Positions 54,811-64,000 of a stretch of DNA of 64,000 nt are shown here, in pieces (within the stretch, counting starts at the first letter, position 1; each line of letters opens with the position of its first letter). The position numbers and the translations under genes are program-made. The notes under the pieces are model-generated. The model saw only the letters and a list, made by a program, of their open reading frames with translations, did no database searches and was not told where the DNA came from. Source of the stretch: a virus (Duplodnaviria > Caudoviricetes); IMG/VR virus record IMGVR_UViG_3300030330_001955, positions 1 through 64,000 of that record, one strand, 5' to 3'.

Positions 54811-57800
54811 GTAAGTTAATACGAATAAAAGGATCTGGCGGAGGAAAAGGCGGAGGCGGAGAAACCTTTGAAGCCGATGATAATCTATTTTCTCGACAAA
54901 GCGCCGCGTTTGTAGATGCAATCGCAGAAGGCCCAATCAAAGGATTAGTATATGGCGATGCTTCAATTATCGTTGATGAACAACGTCTTCGTAATGTAAA
55001 TCAATCTACAGGACTTGTATCATCTAAAACAAACTTCAAAAACTTTATTATGACAACAACAAAAGGTGAGGCTACACAAACGCCTGACCCAGAGTTCTTT
55101 TCAGACTTTCCTTCAGCAGCAATAACAGAAGAAAAGAACTCAGCAGTTCTTTTGGAAGGAGAGCCTCAGTTCTTCACTATTTCTAGTGGCACATTTGAAA
55201 AACAAAATGCAGACTATTTAAAAGTTACTATTTCTACAAATGGTATGAGTGCTATAACAAAGAAAGGAGATAATAAAGGAGACATAAAGGAAACAAAAGT
55301 ATTCTTTAGAATTGACTTAGTTTTTACAAATAATAGTGGAGCAACAATCACTAGAAATAAATTCAATACTGGATTTGTAGGAAAAGTAGGAAGTAAATAC
55401 GCACATACTTTCGGATTCAATATTGAAAATGAAAAAGAGAATGAAGGAGTACTAGACTGGGCGATTAAAGTTACAAAACTAACTTCAAGTCCAAATAGCA
55501 CAGAGACCACAGAAGTTTCAAATGATATCTTTGTAGATAGCATTGAAGCAACTATTGCTGATAAGTTAGAATATCCTTATACTGCTTATGTTGCTGGTGT
55601 AATTGATGCAGAACAATTTAGTAGTATTCCTTCAAGAGGTTACGAGATAGATGGAAAAATTATTAGTATTCCTACTAATATGTTCCCTTGCGATTATAAT
55701 GGTAGAAAGATAACTGTAAACAGCGTTTCAGGAATTAGTGTAGGAACAGTTTTAAGTCAAACATTGACCGTAAGTAGTATTACTGCAGCAGGAAATGCTG
55801 ATGATGGCTTTATAGCTACGGTTACACTTAGTGCAAATCACCAAGTTCCTAGTACTGAGACCTTTGAAGTAACAATCGCAGGAGTTACAAATGATACTGA
55901 TTTTTATAATGGCACATTTACTGCAACTTCTACTGGTGGTACAACTTTTACTTATCCACTTGCTACACCATTCAACGAATCCACAGGAGAGTTCAAAACA
56001 CTAGGAAGCACTACTGCAAGTGGTACAAAAACTGCCGCACTATTTACAGGTGGTATTGTTGATAAAATAGATGGAAGCACCCTTTATGTAAGAAACGTAG
56101 CGGCTCAAAAACAAATAGTTGGAGGACTACTTACGTTTCCAGGAGGTACAACTAATGTAACTAATCTTAGTGGACAAATTTTTATTCCTGCTAATTATAG
56201 AAGACATGTAACTACAGGTGTGATGCAAACTACTGAGCAAGACTGGGACGGAAACTTTTATGAGTCTTGGTGTAATAATCCAGCATGGGTATATAATGAT
56301 TTAATTACTGATAAAATTTATGGATTAGGAAACTATCTTGGGCAAACAGAAGTAAATAAATGGGAGTTATTCCAAATAGGTAGATACTGCGATGAACTCG
56401 TACCAGCAGGAGTAGATGCCGCAGACTTTTTAGCACTATTTACTACTGATGATAGTAATTATATTCCTAGTGGTAGTACAGGAACTCATGAGCCTAGGTT
56501 TAGTGCAAACTTAGTTATTAACGGAAAGCAAGAAGCATATAAAGTACTCAATGATATAGTAGGGATATTTAGAGGTATGACCTACTGGTTAAATGGAGAA
56601 GCTTTTGTTGTACAAGATTCAGAAAAAGATCCTGTCTATCAATTCACAAATGCAAATGTAATAAACGGTACTTTCGCGTATGAAGGCACTCCTTTAAAAA
56701 CTCGTATCAATGCTTGTCAGGTTACTTGGAATGACCCTAACGATTATTACAGGCAAAGAGTAGAACATGTAGAACTTGAAGAAACTTTACAAAGAGACGA
56801 TGAGTTTGTAAAACCAGATTCAGTTACAGCATTTGGTTGTACGTCTAGAGGACAAGCTAGAAGACTAGGTAAATGGAGACTTCTTACTAATAATTTACAT
56901 ACTAATACCGTTACATTTAGTACAGGTATTAACGCGGCATTTATTAAGCCAGGTGATATTATTCAAATCGTTGACCAACATAAAGATGGTAAGTCATGGG
57001 GTGGAAGAATATCAAGTGGTAGCTCAACTACCGCAATAAAAGTAGATAGAAAACCAACAGGATTCGGAGATACAAGTGTAGAGTCAGGATATGCAGTAGG
57101 CGACTATAGACTCACAGCTTCTTTTGTAGGACATATTGCTTTACTCGCGCAGGATACTGCAACTATTGGTGGAGTAAACTATGTAAGAGGACAAGAGATA
57201 CCAAATATAGCTTCAGAAGAAGCAGCAGCAAAACAACAAGATGATAGTGGTGATATTGTCTTTATACAATGGAGTGCATACACTCATACAGAAACAAGAA
57301 CTTTAAATGCCGTATCAAATAGTGGTAAAACTCTAACTGTTTCTCAAGCCTTTACTACTGCTCCCGCAGAAGACCAAATATGGATATTATCTAGACCTAG
57401 TTTACAAACTGGAAAAACAAAACAGGAAGCTAAATTATTCAGAGTATTGGCTATGGTGGAAGAAGAAGTTGGTAAATTCGAAATCACAGGTTTAGAATAT
57501 AATGCTACAAAATTTGATGCAGTAGATAAAAATGAAGCGATATCAGAATACAGAACAATTAACTTACCAAATTCTTTTAGTACTGTTCCTACTGTAAATA
57601 ACGTACATGCCTTTGGAACAAAAGAACCAAGAATAGGTGATAATACTTATATAAATGTTTTAAATGTAAACTGGGATAATGCAAAAAATGATGATGGAAG
57701 TATGTATAACTTTGTTAGAGGATACGAAGTACATTACTCCAAAGACAATGTAAAATTTATAAATGCAGGATTATTCCATGGTACTGAAGCAGATATTGTA

Positions 57801-60791
57801 GGAGCTATAACTGGCACTTACTTTTTTAGAGTCTATACTATTAGTATGCAGGGTAAAAAATCTGCACCTGCATTATTAACTAAAACTATCGACTTTGCTT
57901 CTCTAATGGATATAGAAGGCACAGTTGGTAACGGGGATATGATAATCCCACTAACAGGTAGAATTAACTCAGAATTTAATATAAATACAAGTAGTGGTCT
58001 CGTTAGCTTTACACCTTCTACTAATTTTACTTACACTAATAACATAGCAAATATAGAAATAAGTAGCCAAGCAAATCTAGACTTTAGCGGATTAGCAAAT
58101 AGTGGAATAGGCTATGTTTACTTTGACCATTCAGTTGGTGGGACAAATAACTTCAAAGCAATAGCACATGATAGCACGTCCGACCAGTTCTTTCCTGTAG
58201 GTGGAAATGTTTTCCAAACAGGAACAGGAACTATAACTTCTGCAGGAAATACTAGAACACTTACAGGTAACGGTACAAACTGGAGTACTGCATTAAAGAA
58301 ACATGACGTTCTTAAAATTACAAAAGATAGTGTAGATTACTATGTTAGAGTCGATGAAGTAGTAAGTGATACAAGTGTAATTCTTAGAAAAGTTTTAAGT
58401 CCAAGTTTAACAAACAATGCTTATTCATTCCCTACTTTCTCAGTAGAATATGCTTCTGCAACAAGTGGTGGTATAAGAGATACTATCATGGGAGAGGTTA
58501 CAAAATCATCTGATGGCAGTTCTTATAGCCTAGTACAATTTGGTACAAGTAGAGGGGAAGCAGGCTTTAGTGTATTTGGAACTAATGAATCTCATGGATT
58601 CACAGCACCAAATAATGGACAAATTAGTCAAAGTGATTATACCGCATATGTAAATGATTACACAGTTTCAAAAGGCTCAACCCAATATACATTTGCTTCT
58701 AGTGGCACAGCTGCAAATACTTATAATGTAACTGTATCTGCAGTTACAGGATTCTCAGGAACTAGTGCAGTTAATATTGGCACAAATAATAGTCAAGCAA
58801 GAATTACTATTGATGATAACTCACTAGATAGTGTTACAGCTGCAACAGCTACTCTTTCTTTTACAGAAAACGCAACAGGAAATACAATTTCAACAAGAGT
58901 TCTTTCTTTTACAAAACAAACTGCAGGTGCAGCTGGTGCTGATGGTGCTGATGGACAAGATGGGCAAGACGGAGCAGACGGTCAAGACGGCTCAGCTGGT
59001 GTAAGCGCAGCAGCAATAAAATTAGTTCCAAGTTCACAAGCTATACTATTTGACCAAGCAGGAAGTGAAAGCACAACTATTACTTTTACAACTGATGTTC
59101 AAAATGTTACTTCACCAAACTATGAGTTTTTAGTTGATGATGTAAGTAAGCAAAATGGCACAACTGCTACATTTACTTTATCTGATAGTGATGAGCCAAC
59201 AGTAGGAAATCTTAAAAAAGTTTTAGTTAAAGTTAGAAGTGGCAGTACTTCAGGAACAGTACTAGCAAGAGACACAGTAACAATTTATGGTGTTAAAGAA
59301 GGTTCTGATGCATATACTGTAATTCTTTCTAATGATGCACATACTCTTCCAACTACAAATGCAGGAACAGTAACTTATACAGGCTCAGGAACAGATGTTA
59401 GAGTATTTAAAGGTAGTAGTGCACTAACACATACTACAGGAACACCATCAACAGGACAATTTAAAGCAGTAGCTCAATCAGCAACAAATATCGTAGCGGG
59501 TAGTAGAAGTACTGTAACAAAAACAACTACAAATGATACAGCTAGATTTGCAAACGCAAGTAGTTGTAGTGCAGATACAGCAGAGATTGAGTTTAGTGTA
59601 AACTGTGAAAATTTACAAACAATAATAAAATCACAAACATTCAGTAAATCTAAACAAGGTACAGATGGTCAAGATGGACAAGATGGTCAAGATGGACAAG
59701 ATGGTCAAGATGGTCAAGATGGAGAAGATGGAACAAATGGAGCTAATGGATTAAGAACCGTACAAGGCTACTTATACTATGAAAAGACAACTAGTGGAGC
59801 ACCAGGAGCACCAAGCGGAAATACTTATACTTTTTCTACTGGACTTGTAACAGGAAGTGGAATTAACGATAGTGGAACTACTAACTGTTGGAAAAACTCT
59901 CCAAGAACACAAGACGCTACAAGCACAAATCAGTATTGGATAGTTAGATACTTTGGAACAGAAAGTTCTGCAAATGCTTCAACTATAAGTGTAACTTATA
60001 GCAATGTAACACAGCATGCTAGCTTTACTGGAGTTGTAACATTTAGTGGTGGTACTTTACAAGATAATAGCGGTAATTCATATGATACTTCTACAGCTAT
60101 CACAGCAAGTCAAGTTATAAATCATATTGGGGGCGCAAATACAACCACAATTGATGGGGCTGTAATTACTACAGGAACACTAAATGCAAACAGAATAGTA
60201 GCAAATAGTATTGATATTGCAGGTAAATCAATTGCAAATAGTTTAGGAGTCTTAAAAAGAACAATCACTGATAGTAGTGATATTTTTAATTATACTGAGT
60301 TAAATAGAAGTGCTTTTGATGGTAGAGTACAAGATGGCAATGGACCACCTCATATATCAAACACAAATTCTGGTCCAAGTAATACAACTTCTAATCCACA
60401 AATATTTGCAGGTACTTCTATACTAGGCAATAGTCCACTAATGACTTTACAATATACTACTCATAATTGGGGAAGTGGGACAAAGCCTTTTGTATTTGAA
60501 TTTGTAGGAACTGTAAACGGTTCTACTTCAGATGAAACAGAAACAGTAGTTGCACTTGTTGTTAGAGAAACAACTAGTGCTACAAACTATACAAGTAATA
60601 GTCCAAGTTCTTATAAAGCTAGTAGTAGAGAAAGTGCTAGTGGAAGCTCTTCTTTTGGAGTACAAAGACTAGTCGTAGAGTGTGAGTTATCACCAAATAC
60701 TTCATACTATGCTTGGCTATTTGTAGGAGGAGAACAAGGTATCACTAGACTATCTGATGCAACAATAGAAATAAGAGGATTAAATATATAA
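54807..60791 (+). CDS. Central tail fibre/host-specificity protein, lambda gpJ-like
   Basis: I.GSGGGKGG, EGPI.GL, YPYTAY, WDG.F...W.NNPAW..ND, FTNANV..G.F.Y, FGCTSRGQARR.G.W. Confidence 0.92.
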   Translation: MSKLIRIKGSGGGKGGGGETFEADDNLFSRQSAAFVDAIAEGPIKGLVYGDASIIVDEQRLRNVNQSTGLVSSKTNFKNFIMTTTKGEATQTPDPEFFSDFPSAAITEEKNSAVLLEGEPQFFTISSGTFEKQNADYLKVTISTNGMSAITKKGDNKGDIKETKVFFRIDLVFTNNSGATITRNKFNTGFVGKVGSKYAHTFGFNIENEKENEGVLDWAIKVTKLTSSPNSTETTEVSNDIFVDSIEATIADKLEYPYTAYVAGVIDAEQFSSIPSRGYEIDGKIISIPTNMFPCDYNGRKITVNSVSGISVGTVLSQTLTVSSITAAGNADDGFIATVTLSANHQVPSTETFEVTIAGVTNDTDFYNGTFTATSTGGTTFTYPLATPFNESTGEFKTLGSTTASGTKTAALFTGGIVDKIDGSTLYVRNVAAQKQIVGGLLTFPGGTTNVTNLSGQIFIPANYRRHVTTGVMQTTEQDWDGNFYESWCNNPAWVYNDLITDKIYGLGNYLGQTEVNKWELFQIGRYCDELVPAGVDAADFLALFTTDDSNYIPSGSTGTHEPRFSANLVINGKQEAYKVLNDIVGIFRGMTYWLNGEAFVVQDSEKDPVYQFTNANVINGTFAYEGTPLKTRINACQVTWNDPNDYYRQRVEHVELEETLQRDDEFVKPDSVTAFGCTSRGQARRLGKWRLLTNNLHTNTVTFSTGINAAFIKPGDIIQIVDQHKDGKSWGGRISSGSSTTAIKVDRKPTGFGDTSVESGYAVGDYRLTASFVGHIALLAQDTATIGGVNYVRGQEIPNIASEEAAAKQQDDSGDIVFIQWSAYTHTETRTLNAVSNSGKTLTVSQAFTTAPAEDQIWILSRPSLQTGKTKQEAKLFRVLAMVEEEVGKFEITGLEYNATKFDAVDKNEAISEYRTINLPNSFSTVPTVNNVHAFGTKEPRIGDNTYINVLNVNWDNAKNDDGSMYNFVRGYEVHYSKDNVKFINAGLFHGTEADIVGAITGTYFFRVYTISMQGKKSAPALLTKTIDFASLMDIEGTVGNGDMIIPLTGRINSEFNINTSSGLVSFTPSTNFTYTNNIANIEISSQANLDFSGLANSGIGYVYFDHSVGGTNNFKAIAHDSTSDQFFPVGGNVFQTGTGTITSAGNTRTLTGNGTNWSTALKKHDVLKITKDSVDYYVRVDEVVSDTSVILRKVLSPSLTNNAYSFPTFSVEYASATSGGIRDTIMGEVTKSSDGSSYSLVQFGTSRGEAGFSVFGTNESHGFTAPNNGQISQSDYTAYVNDYTVSKGSTQYTFASSGTAANTYNVTVSAVTGFSGTSAVNIGTNNSQARITIDDNSLDSVTAATATLSFTENATGNTISTRVLSFTKQTAGAAGADGADGQDGQDGADGQDGSAGVSAAAIKLVPSSQAILFDQAGSESTTITFTTDVQNVTSPNYEFLVDDVSKQNGTTATFTLSDSDEPTVGNLKKVLVKVRSGSTSGTVLARDTVTIYGVKEGSDAYTVILSNDAHTLPTTNAGTVTYTGSGTDVRVFKGSSALTHTTGTPSTGQFKAVAQSATNIVAGSRSTVTKTTTNDTARFANASSCSADTAEIEFSVNCENLQTIIKSQTFSKSKQGTDGQDGQDGQDGQDGQDGQDGEDGTNGANGLRTVQGYLYYEKTTSGAPGAPSGNTYTFSTGLVTGSGINDSGTTNCWKNSPRTQDATSTNQYWIVRYFGTESSANASTISVTYSNVTQHASFTGVVTFSGGTLQDNSGNSYDTSTAITASQVINHIGGANTTTIDGAVITTGTLNANRIVANSIDIAGKSIANSLGVLKRTITDSSDIFNYTELNRSAFDGRVQDGNGPPHISNTNSGPSNTTSNPQIFAGTSILGNSPLMTLQYTTHNWGSGTKPFVFEFVGTVNGSTSDETETVVALVVRETTSATNYTSNSPSSYKASSRESASGSSSFGVQRLVVECELSPNTSYYAWLFVGGEQGITRLSDATIEIRGLNI
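58926..59000 (+). repeat. Collagen-like Gly-X-Asp repeat in gpJ
   Basis: GAAGADGADGQDGQDGADGQDGSAG. Confidence 0.85.
59658..59750 (+). repeat. Collagen-like (GQD)n repeat, 9-nt tandem GGWCAAGAT x6
   Basis: GTDGQDGQDGQDGQDGQDGQDGEDGTNGANG. Confidence 0.9.
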
Positions 60792-61039
60792 TGGTAACAA
60801 ATTTAGAAAGATGGCAAGTAATAAAAGAAAAACGAGATGCAAGATTATCTTCATGTGACTGGACTGCTCTTAGTGATGTAGACTTATCTACTTCGAAAAA
60901 AACAGAGTGGGCGACCTACAGGCAAGCATTAAGAGACATACCTAATAATTTAAGAGGACACTCTGATTATGTAAGTGACTCAGACACCAATCCTTTTGAA
61001 GATCTTGGTACTTGGGGTTGGCCAACAAAACCAAGTTAA
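60791..61039 (+). CDS. Tail fibre assembly chaperone
   Basis: RDA.L..CDWT.L.D, W.TYRQALRDIP, WP.KP. Confidence 0.85.
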   Translation: MVTNLERWQVIKEKRDARLSSCDWTALSDVDLSTSKKTEWATYRQALRDIPNNLRGHSDYVSDSDTNPFEDLGTWGWPTKPS

Positions 61040-61130
61040 AAATATAACCATAAATTTTTGGTTGTATTTCCGAGAATTGTATAAGCAATGCTAGAGCAAA
61101 CTAAAATAGCTGACGTTCCAAATTTAGTTC

Positions 61131-61159
61131 TTGACATTACCTATGATTTTTGCTATAAT
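61131..61159 (+). promoter_or_regulatory. Sigma70 promoter for fibre genes
   Basis: TAGTTC-TTGACA(61131)-17-TATAAT(61154). Confidence 0.8.
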
Positions 61160-61183
61160 TTACAAATAGGAGTATAATTTTAA

Positions 61184-61522
61184 ATGGCAGCAGGAACTTA
61201 CGATATAGTTATAGACCAAGGAGCGGATTTCGCTATTGAAATAGCGATTACAGACGATAATGGTGTAGTGCAACTTGCAACTCATACAGCAAGGGCACAA
61301 CTTCGTCCATCTCCAACTTCTTCTACTAAAACAGCAGATTTTACTTGCACTATCGTAAACGCTTCTCAGGGCAAATTAAAAATGGCTTTGAGTAATTCGA
61401 CTACTGCTAGTATCTCCTCAGGAAAGTATTACTATGATTTAGAATTAGTAAATACAGGTAATGGTACAGTAAATAGGTTACTGCAGGGTGTGGCTAGAGT
61501 CACTCCAGAAGTCACGAGATAA
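61184..61522 (+). CDS. Virion fibre-attachment/collar-like protein
   Basis: IDQGADF, A.AQ.R, G.Y.YD.E, R.LQG...V.P.VT. Confidence 0.7.
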   Translation: MAAGTYDIVIDQGADFAIEIAITDDNGVVQLATHTARAQLRPSPTSSTKTADFTCTIVNASQGKLKMALSNSTTASISSGKYYYDLELVNTGNGTVNRLLQGVARVTPEVTR

Positions 61523-61650
61523 TGGACGTAACAGGTTTATGGAATGATTTATCTTATTTTGACGGAATAATATTTTCTGTCTGGATAGGTATTTTATATG
61601 TAGGTAAATCTTATATAGATGATTATTTCTGGCATAAAAAGGATAAGTAA
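61522..61650 (+). CDS. 42-aa membrane peptide (not in track)
   Basis: MDVTGLWNDLSYFDGIIFSVWIGILYVGKSYIDDYFWHKKDK; TAATG coupling at both ends. Confidence 0.6.
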   Translation: MDVTGLWNDLSYFDGIIFSVWIGILYVGKSYIDDYFWHKKDK

Positions 61651-62030
61651 TGGCAACTAAATTAACAATCACCCCGCAAACTACTTCATTAAGTACTACC
61701 AATCAGGTTACTACTCTTACTATTTCTAGTGCAGTAGCTGGAGCAGCTACAGATGCAGCAGGTATTACTTTCGCAAACGCAGCTAGAACTTTATCTACTG
61801 CAAACAATGTTGAGGACGCCTTACTTCAATTGGCGGATCAATTCTTTGTACAAACAACTGCACCTACAGCTAGTACTACAAATCTAGCGGAGGGTGATTT
61901 ATTTTATGATACTGACGATAATCAGTTAAAGATCTACCGTGAAACATCTACTGGGACGTTTGAATTCGTTCCAATAATGATTGGCAATAATTCAGCGAAC
62001 TCAGATACGGTAGACGCAGGGAGCTTTTAA
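61650..62030 (+). CDS. Virion structural protein
   Basis: NV..AL.QL, EGDL.YDT....L, D.G.F end. Confidence 0.65.
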   Translation: MATKLTITPQTTSLSTTNQVTTLTISSAVAGAATDAAGITFANAARTLSTANNVEDALLQLADQFFVQTTAPTASTTNLAEGDLFYDTDDNQLKIYRETSTGTFEFVPIMIGNNSANSDTVDAGSF

Positions 62031-62049
62031 GCTCATATAGGGAATAATA

Positions 62050-63582
62050 ATGGCACAAGTAATTAAAATTAAAAGAAGTACCAGTACTTCCGCACCAGGT
62101 TCACTGGTAGCTGGTGAGTTAGCGTATTCTTCGGATAGTAATAAGCTATTTATTGGTCACCCTTCCTCAGAAGCTGTAACAGCTATCGGTGGTGCGTTGT
62201 ATGTAAACATGTTAGACCACTCTGCTGGAACACTAACAGCAAGTTCAGCTATTATAGTTGATACTAACAGTAAGATTGACCAATTAAAATCAGGTAATAT
62301 AGTAGTTACTGGTTCAAGTAATACTATTTCTACATCTTCAGGTAATTTAACAATTGCACCAGCGGGTACATTAGTAGTTACTCATGGCGGTACAGTTGAT
62401 TTATCTGGACAAGCAAACTCACTAACATTACCAGACAACCAAGCGTCTGCGTTAGATATTAACGAAGGCGGCACTTCATATCTTAAATTTACAACTACAA
62501 ACTCTGGAGAGAAAGTTGTTGTCGGTAAAGATATGGACACAGGAACAATCAATGTTACTAGCGGTAATTTATTAGTAGGAACAGATAAACTTACAGTAGC
62601 ATCAGGTACAGGTAACACAGTAATAAAAGGTACTGCAAATATACAAGGAGCAGCAGACCTAGATTCTACACTTAATGTAGATGGAGCTACAACTCTTAAT
62701 GGAGCTGTAACTTTAGGTGACGCTTCAGCAGATGCAATTACAGTTAGTGGTACAGCAACTTTTACCCCATCAGCAGACTTTGATGGTGGCTTTTCAGTAG
62801 CAGGTTCACAGACTGTTGATATGGGCTCAAACAGAGTTCAGAATGTAGCAACTCCTACATCAAGTACTGATGCAGCAAACAAAGGTTATGTAGATAGTGT
62901 AAAACAAGCACTAGATATCAAAGACTCCGTTAAATTAGGTACAACTGCAAACTTAAATGCAACTTACAATAATGGTAACGGAACACTTACAATGGACGCA
63001 ACTGGAGTTGTGACTATTGACGGTGTAGCAACTGCTCTTAATGATAGAGTCTTAATTAAAGACCAAAGTAGCGCAGTTGAAAATGGTATCTATACTGTAT
63101 CAACAGCAGGTGCTGTTGGTGTAGCAGGAGTATTTACAAGAGCCTCAGATGCTGACGCTAACTCTGAAGTTACAGGAGGTTTGTTTACCTTTATTGAAGC
63201 AGGTTCTGTTAATGCAGATAATGCTTTCGTTTTAACTTCAGTAACAGGAACAGCAACTCTTGGTACAAGTGCTCTAACATTTACTCAGTTCTCAGGAGCT
63301 GGTCAGGTTACAGCAGGAAATGGTCTTGCTAAATCTGGTAATACTTTAAGTGTAAATGTAGACGATAAAACAATCGAACTAAGTTCAGATACTGCTAGAA
63401 TCAAAGGAATAACAGCAACTGCAAATGGTGATTTACTATTTGGAGCAAACGGTTCTAATGGAGGTTATTCAAGACTAGCAATCGGAACTTATGATTCAAC
63501 AAACAGCGTAGGTCAATTACTTCAAGTTGGAGCATCTTCAACAGTAACTTGGTCTAATACATTAGATGGAGGCACATTCTAA
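62050..63582 (+). CDS. Tail fibre protein
   Basis: IKIKRS....P..L..GELAY, DAANKGYVD, DRVL.KDQ....ENGIY, FTQFSGAG, LDGGTF. Confidence 0.82.
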   Translation: MAQVIKIKRSTSTSAPGSLVAGELAYSSDSNKLFIGHPSSEAVTAIGGALYVNMLDHSAGTLTASSAIIVDTNSKIDQLKSGNIVVTGSSNTISTSSGNLTIAPAGTLVVTHGGTVDLSGQANSLTLPDNQASALDINEGGTSYLKFTTTNSGEKVVVGKDMDTGTINVTSGNLLVGTDKLTVASGTGNTVIKGTANIQGAADLDSTLNVDGATTLNGAVTLGDASADAITVSGTATFTPSADFDGGFSVAGSQTVDMGSNRVQNVATPTSSTDAANKGYVDSVKQALDIKDSVKLGTTANLNATYNNGNGTLTMDATGVVTIDGVATALNDRVLIKDQSSAVENGIYTVSTAGAVGVAGVFTRASDADANSEVTGGLFTFIEAGSVNADNAFVLTSVTGTATLGTSALTFTQFSGAGQVTAGNGLAKSGNTLSVNVDDKTIELSSDTARIKGITATANGDLLFGANGSNGGYSRLAIGTYDSTNSVGQLLQVGASSTVTWSNTLDGGTF

Positions 63583-63791
63583 TGTCACAGATTATAAAAA
63601 TAAAGAGGTCAGAAACAGCTAGTGCCGAGCCAAGCTCTAGCGATTTAGCAACACACGAAATTGCTATGAATGTTTCTGATAAGAAAATCTTTACTAAGAA
63701 GGCAGATGGAACTATCGTAACAGTTGCAAGCCATACAGAAGGACTTGCGACTGAAGACGATATTCTTGCACTTAGTATTGCACTAGGATAA
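63582..63791 (+). CDS. Small fibre-associated protein
   Basis: IKIKRS N-terminus, ALSIALG C-terminus. Confidence 0.7.
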   Translation: MSQIIKIKRSETASAEPSSSDLATHEIAMNVSDKKIFTKKADGTIVTVASHTEGLATEDDILALSIALG

Positions 63792-63795
63792 GATT

Positions 63796-64000
63796 ATGGC
63801 ATCAGCATTTAAATCAGCAACATCAGCAAGTGTAGGTACTAGTTTAACAACTATATACACTTGCCCAAGTAGCACTACGGTAACTATCATAGGCTTGTAT
63901 CTTTGTAACCAATCAGGTGGACAAATAGAAGCCTCATGTGAATTTTTTGACAATAGTGCGAATGCCCACGTAGGGCTTATATCTTCTGCACCAATTCCTA
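63796..64000 (+). CDS. Virion protein (runs off the right edge)
   Basis: MASAFKS...TTIYTCPS.T..TIIGL.LCN. Confidence 0.65.
   Translation, partial: MASAFKSATSASVGTSLTTIYTCPSSTTVTIIGLYLCNQSGGQIEASCEFFDNSANAHVGLISSAPIP

Noticed and set aside
40494-62618. Numerous minus-strand ORFs inside structural genes, and plus-strand ORFs inside early genes
   Set aside because: Antisense shadows of strongly supported genes, with no RBS or motif.

Overview
A 64-kb piece of a low-GC, probably marine, T5-like (Demerecviridae-type) siphophage genome. 1-21.9 kb is a mostly minus-strand early/replication region. It holds T5-like split NAD ligase A, PC4-like, D2, D3 and A2-like genes, a pyrimidine-dimer glycosylase, a 2OG-Fe(II)/JmjC/glycosyltransferase cluster, lysozyme and spanins, Hsp20, cytochrome c, bS21, MazG, PPK2, tRNA-Ala and several structured non-coding units. 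21.9-25.7 kb looks like a pre-early/terminal-repeat segment, with a promoter/DnaA-box/repeat array. 25.75-64 kb is the plus-strand late region: terS, an 11-kb accessory island (IscU/IscA, CsgF/CsgG/curlin-like/FecR/CHASE2 adenylate cyclase, a run of very basic microproteins), terL, portal, a fused protease-capsid gene, T5-like neck and tail tube, tape measure, and a lambda-type M-L-K-I-J tail tip with fibres. Best leads: (1) an ~850-nt ORF-free transcription unit with long-range pairing, a candidate giant ncRNA; (2) near-total strand-specific loss of ACT over ~2.9 kb, bounded by TACTACTGGCGC repeats; (3) an intact tRNA-Ala nested in-frame in a coding gene; (4) an unannotated 14-aa, 8-Cys peptide coupled to iscU; (5) the curli-pore/FecR/cyclase module. 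All family calls come from motif recognition by eye; no searches were run and all counts are manual.
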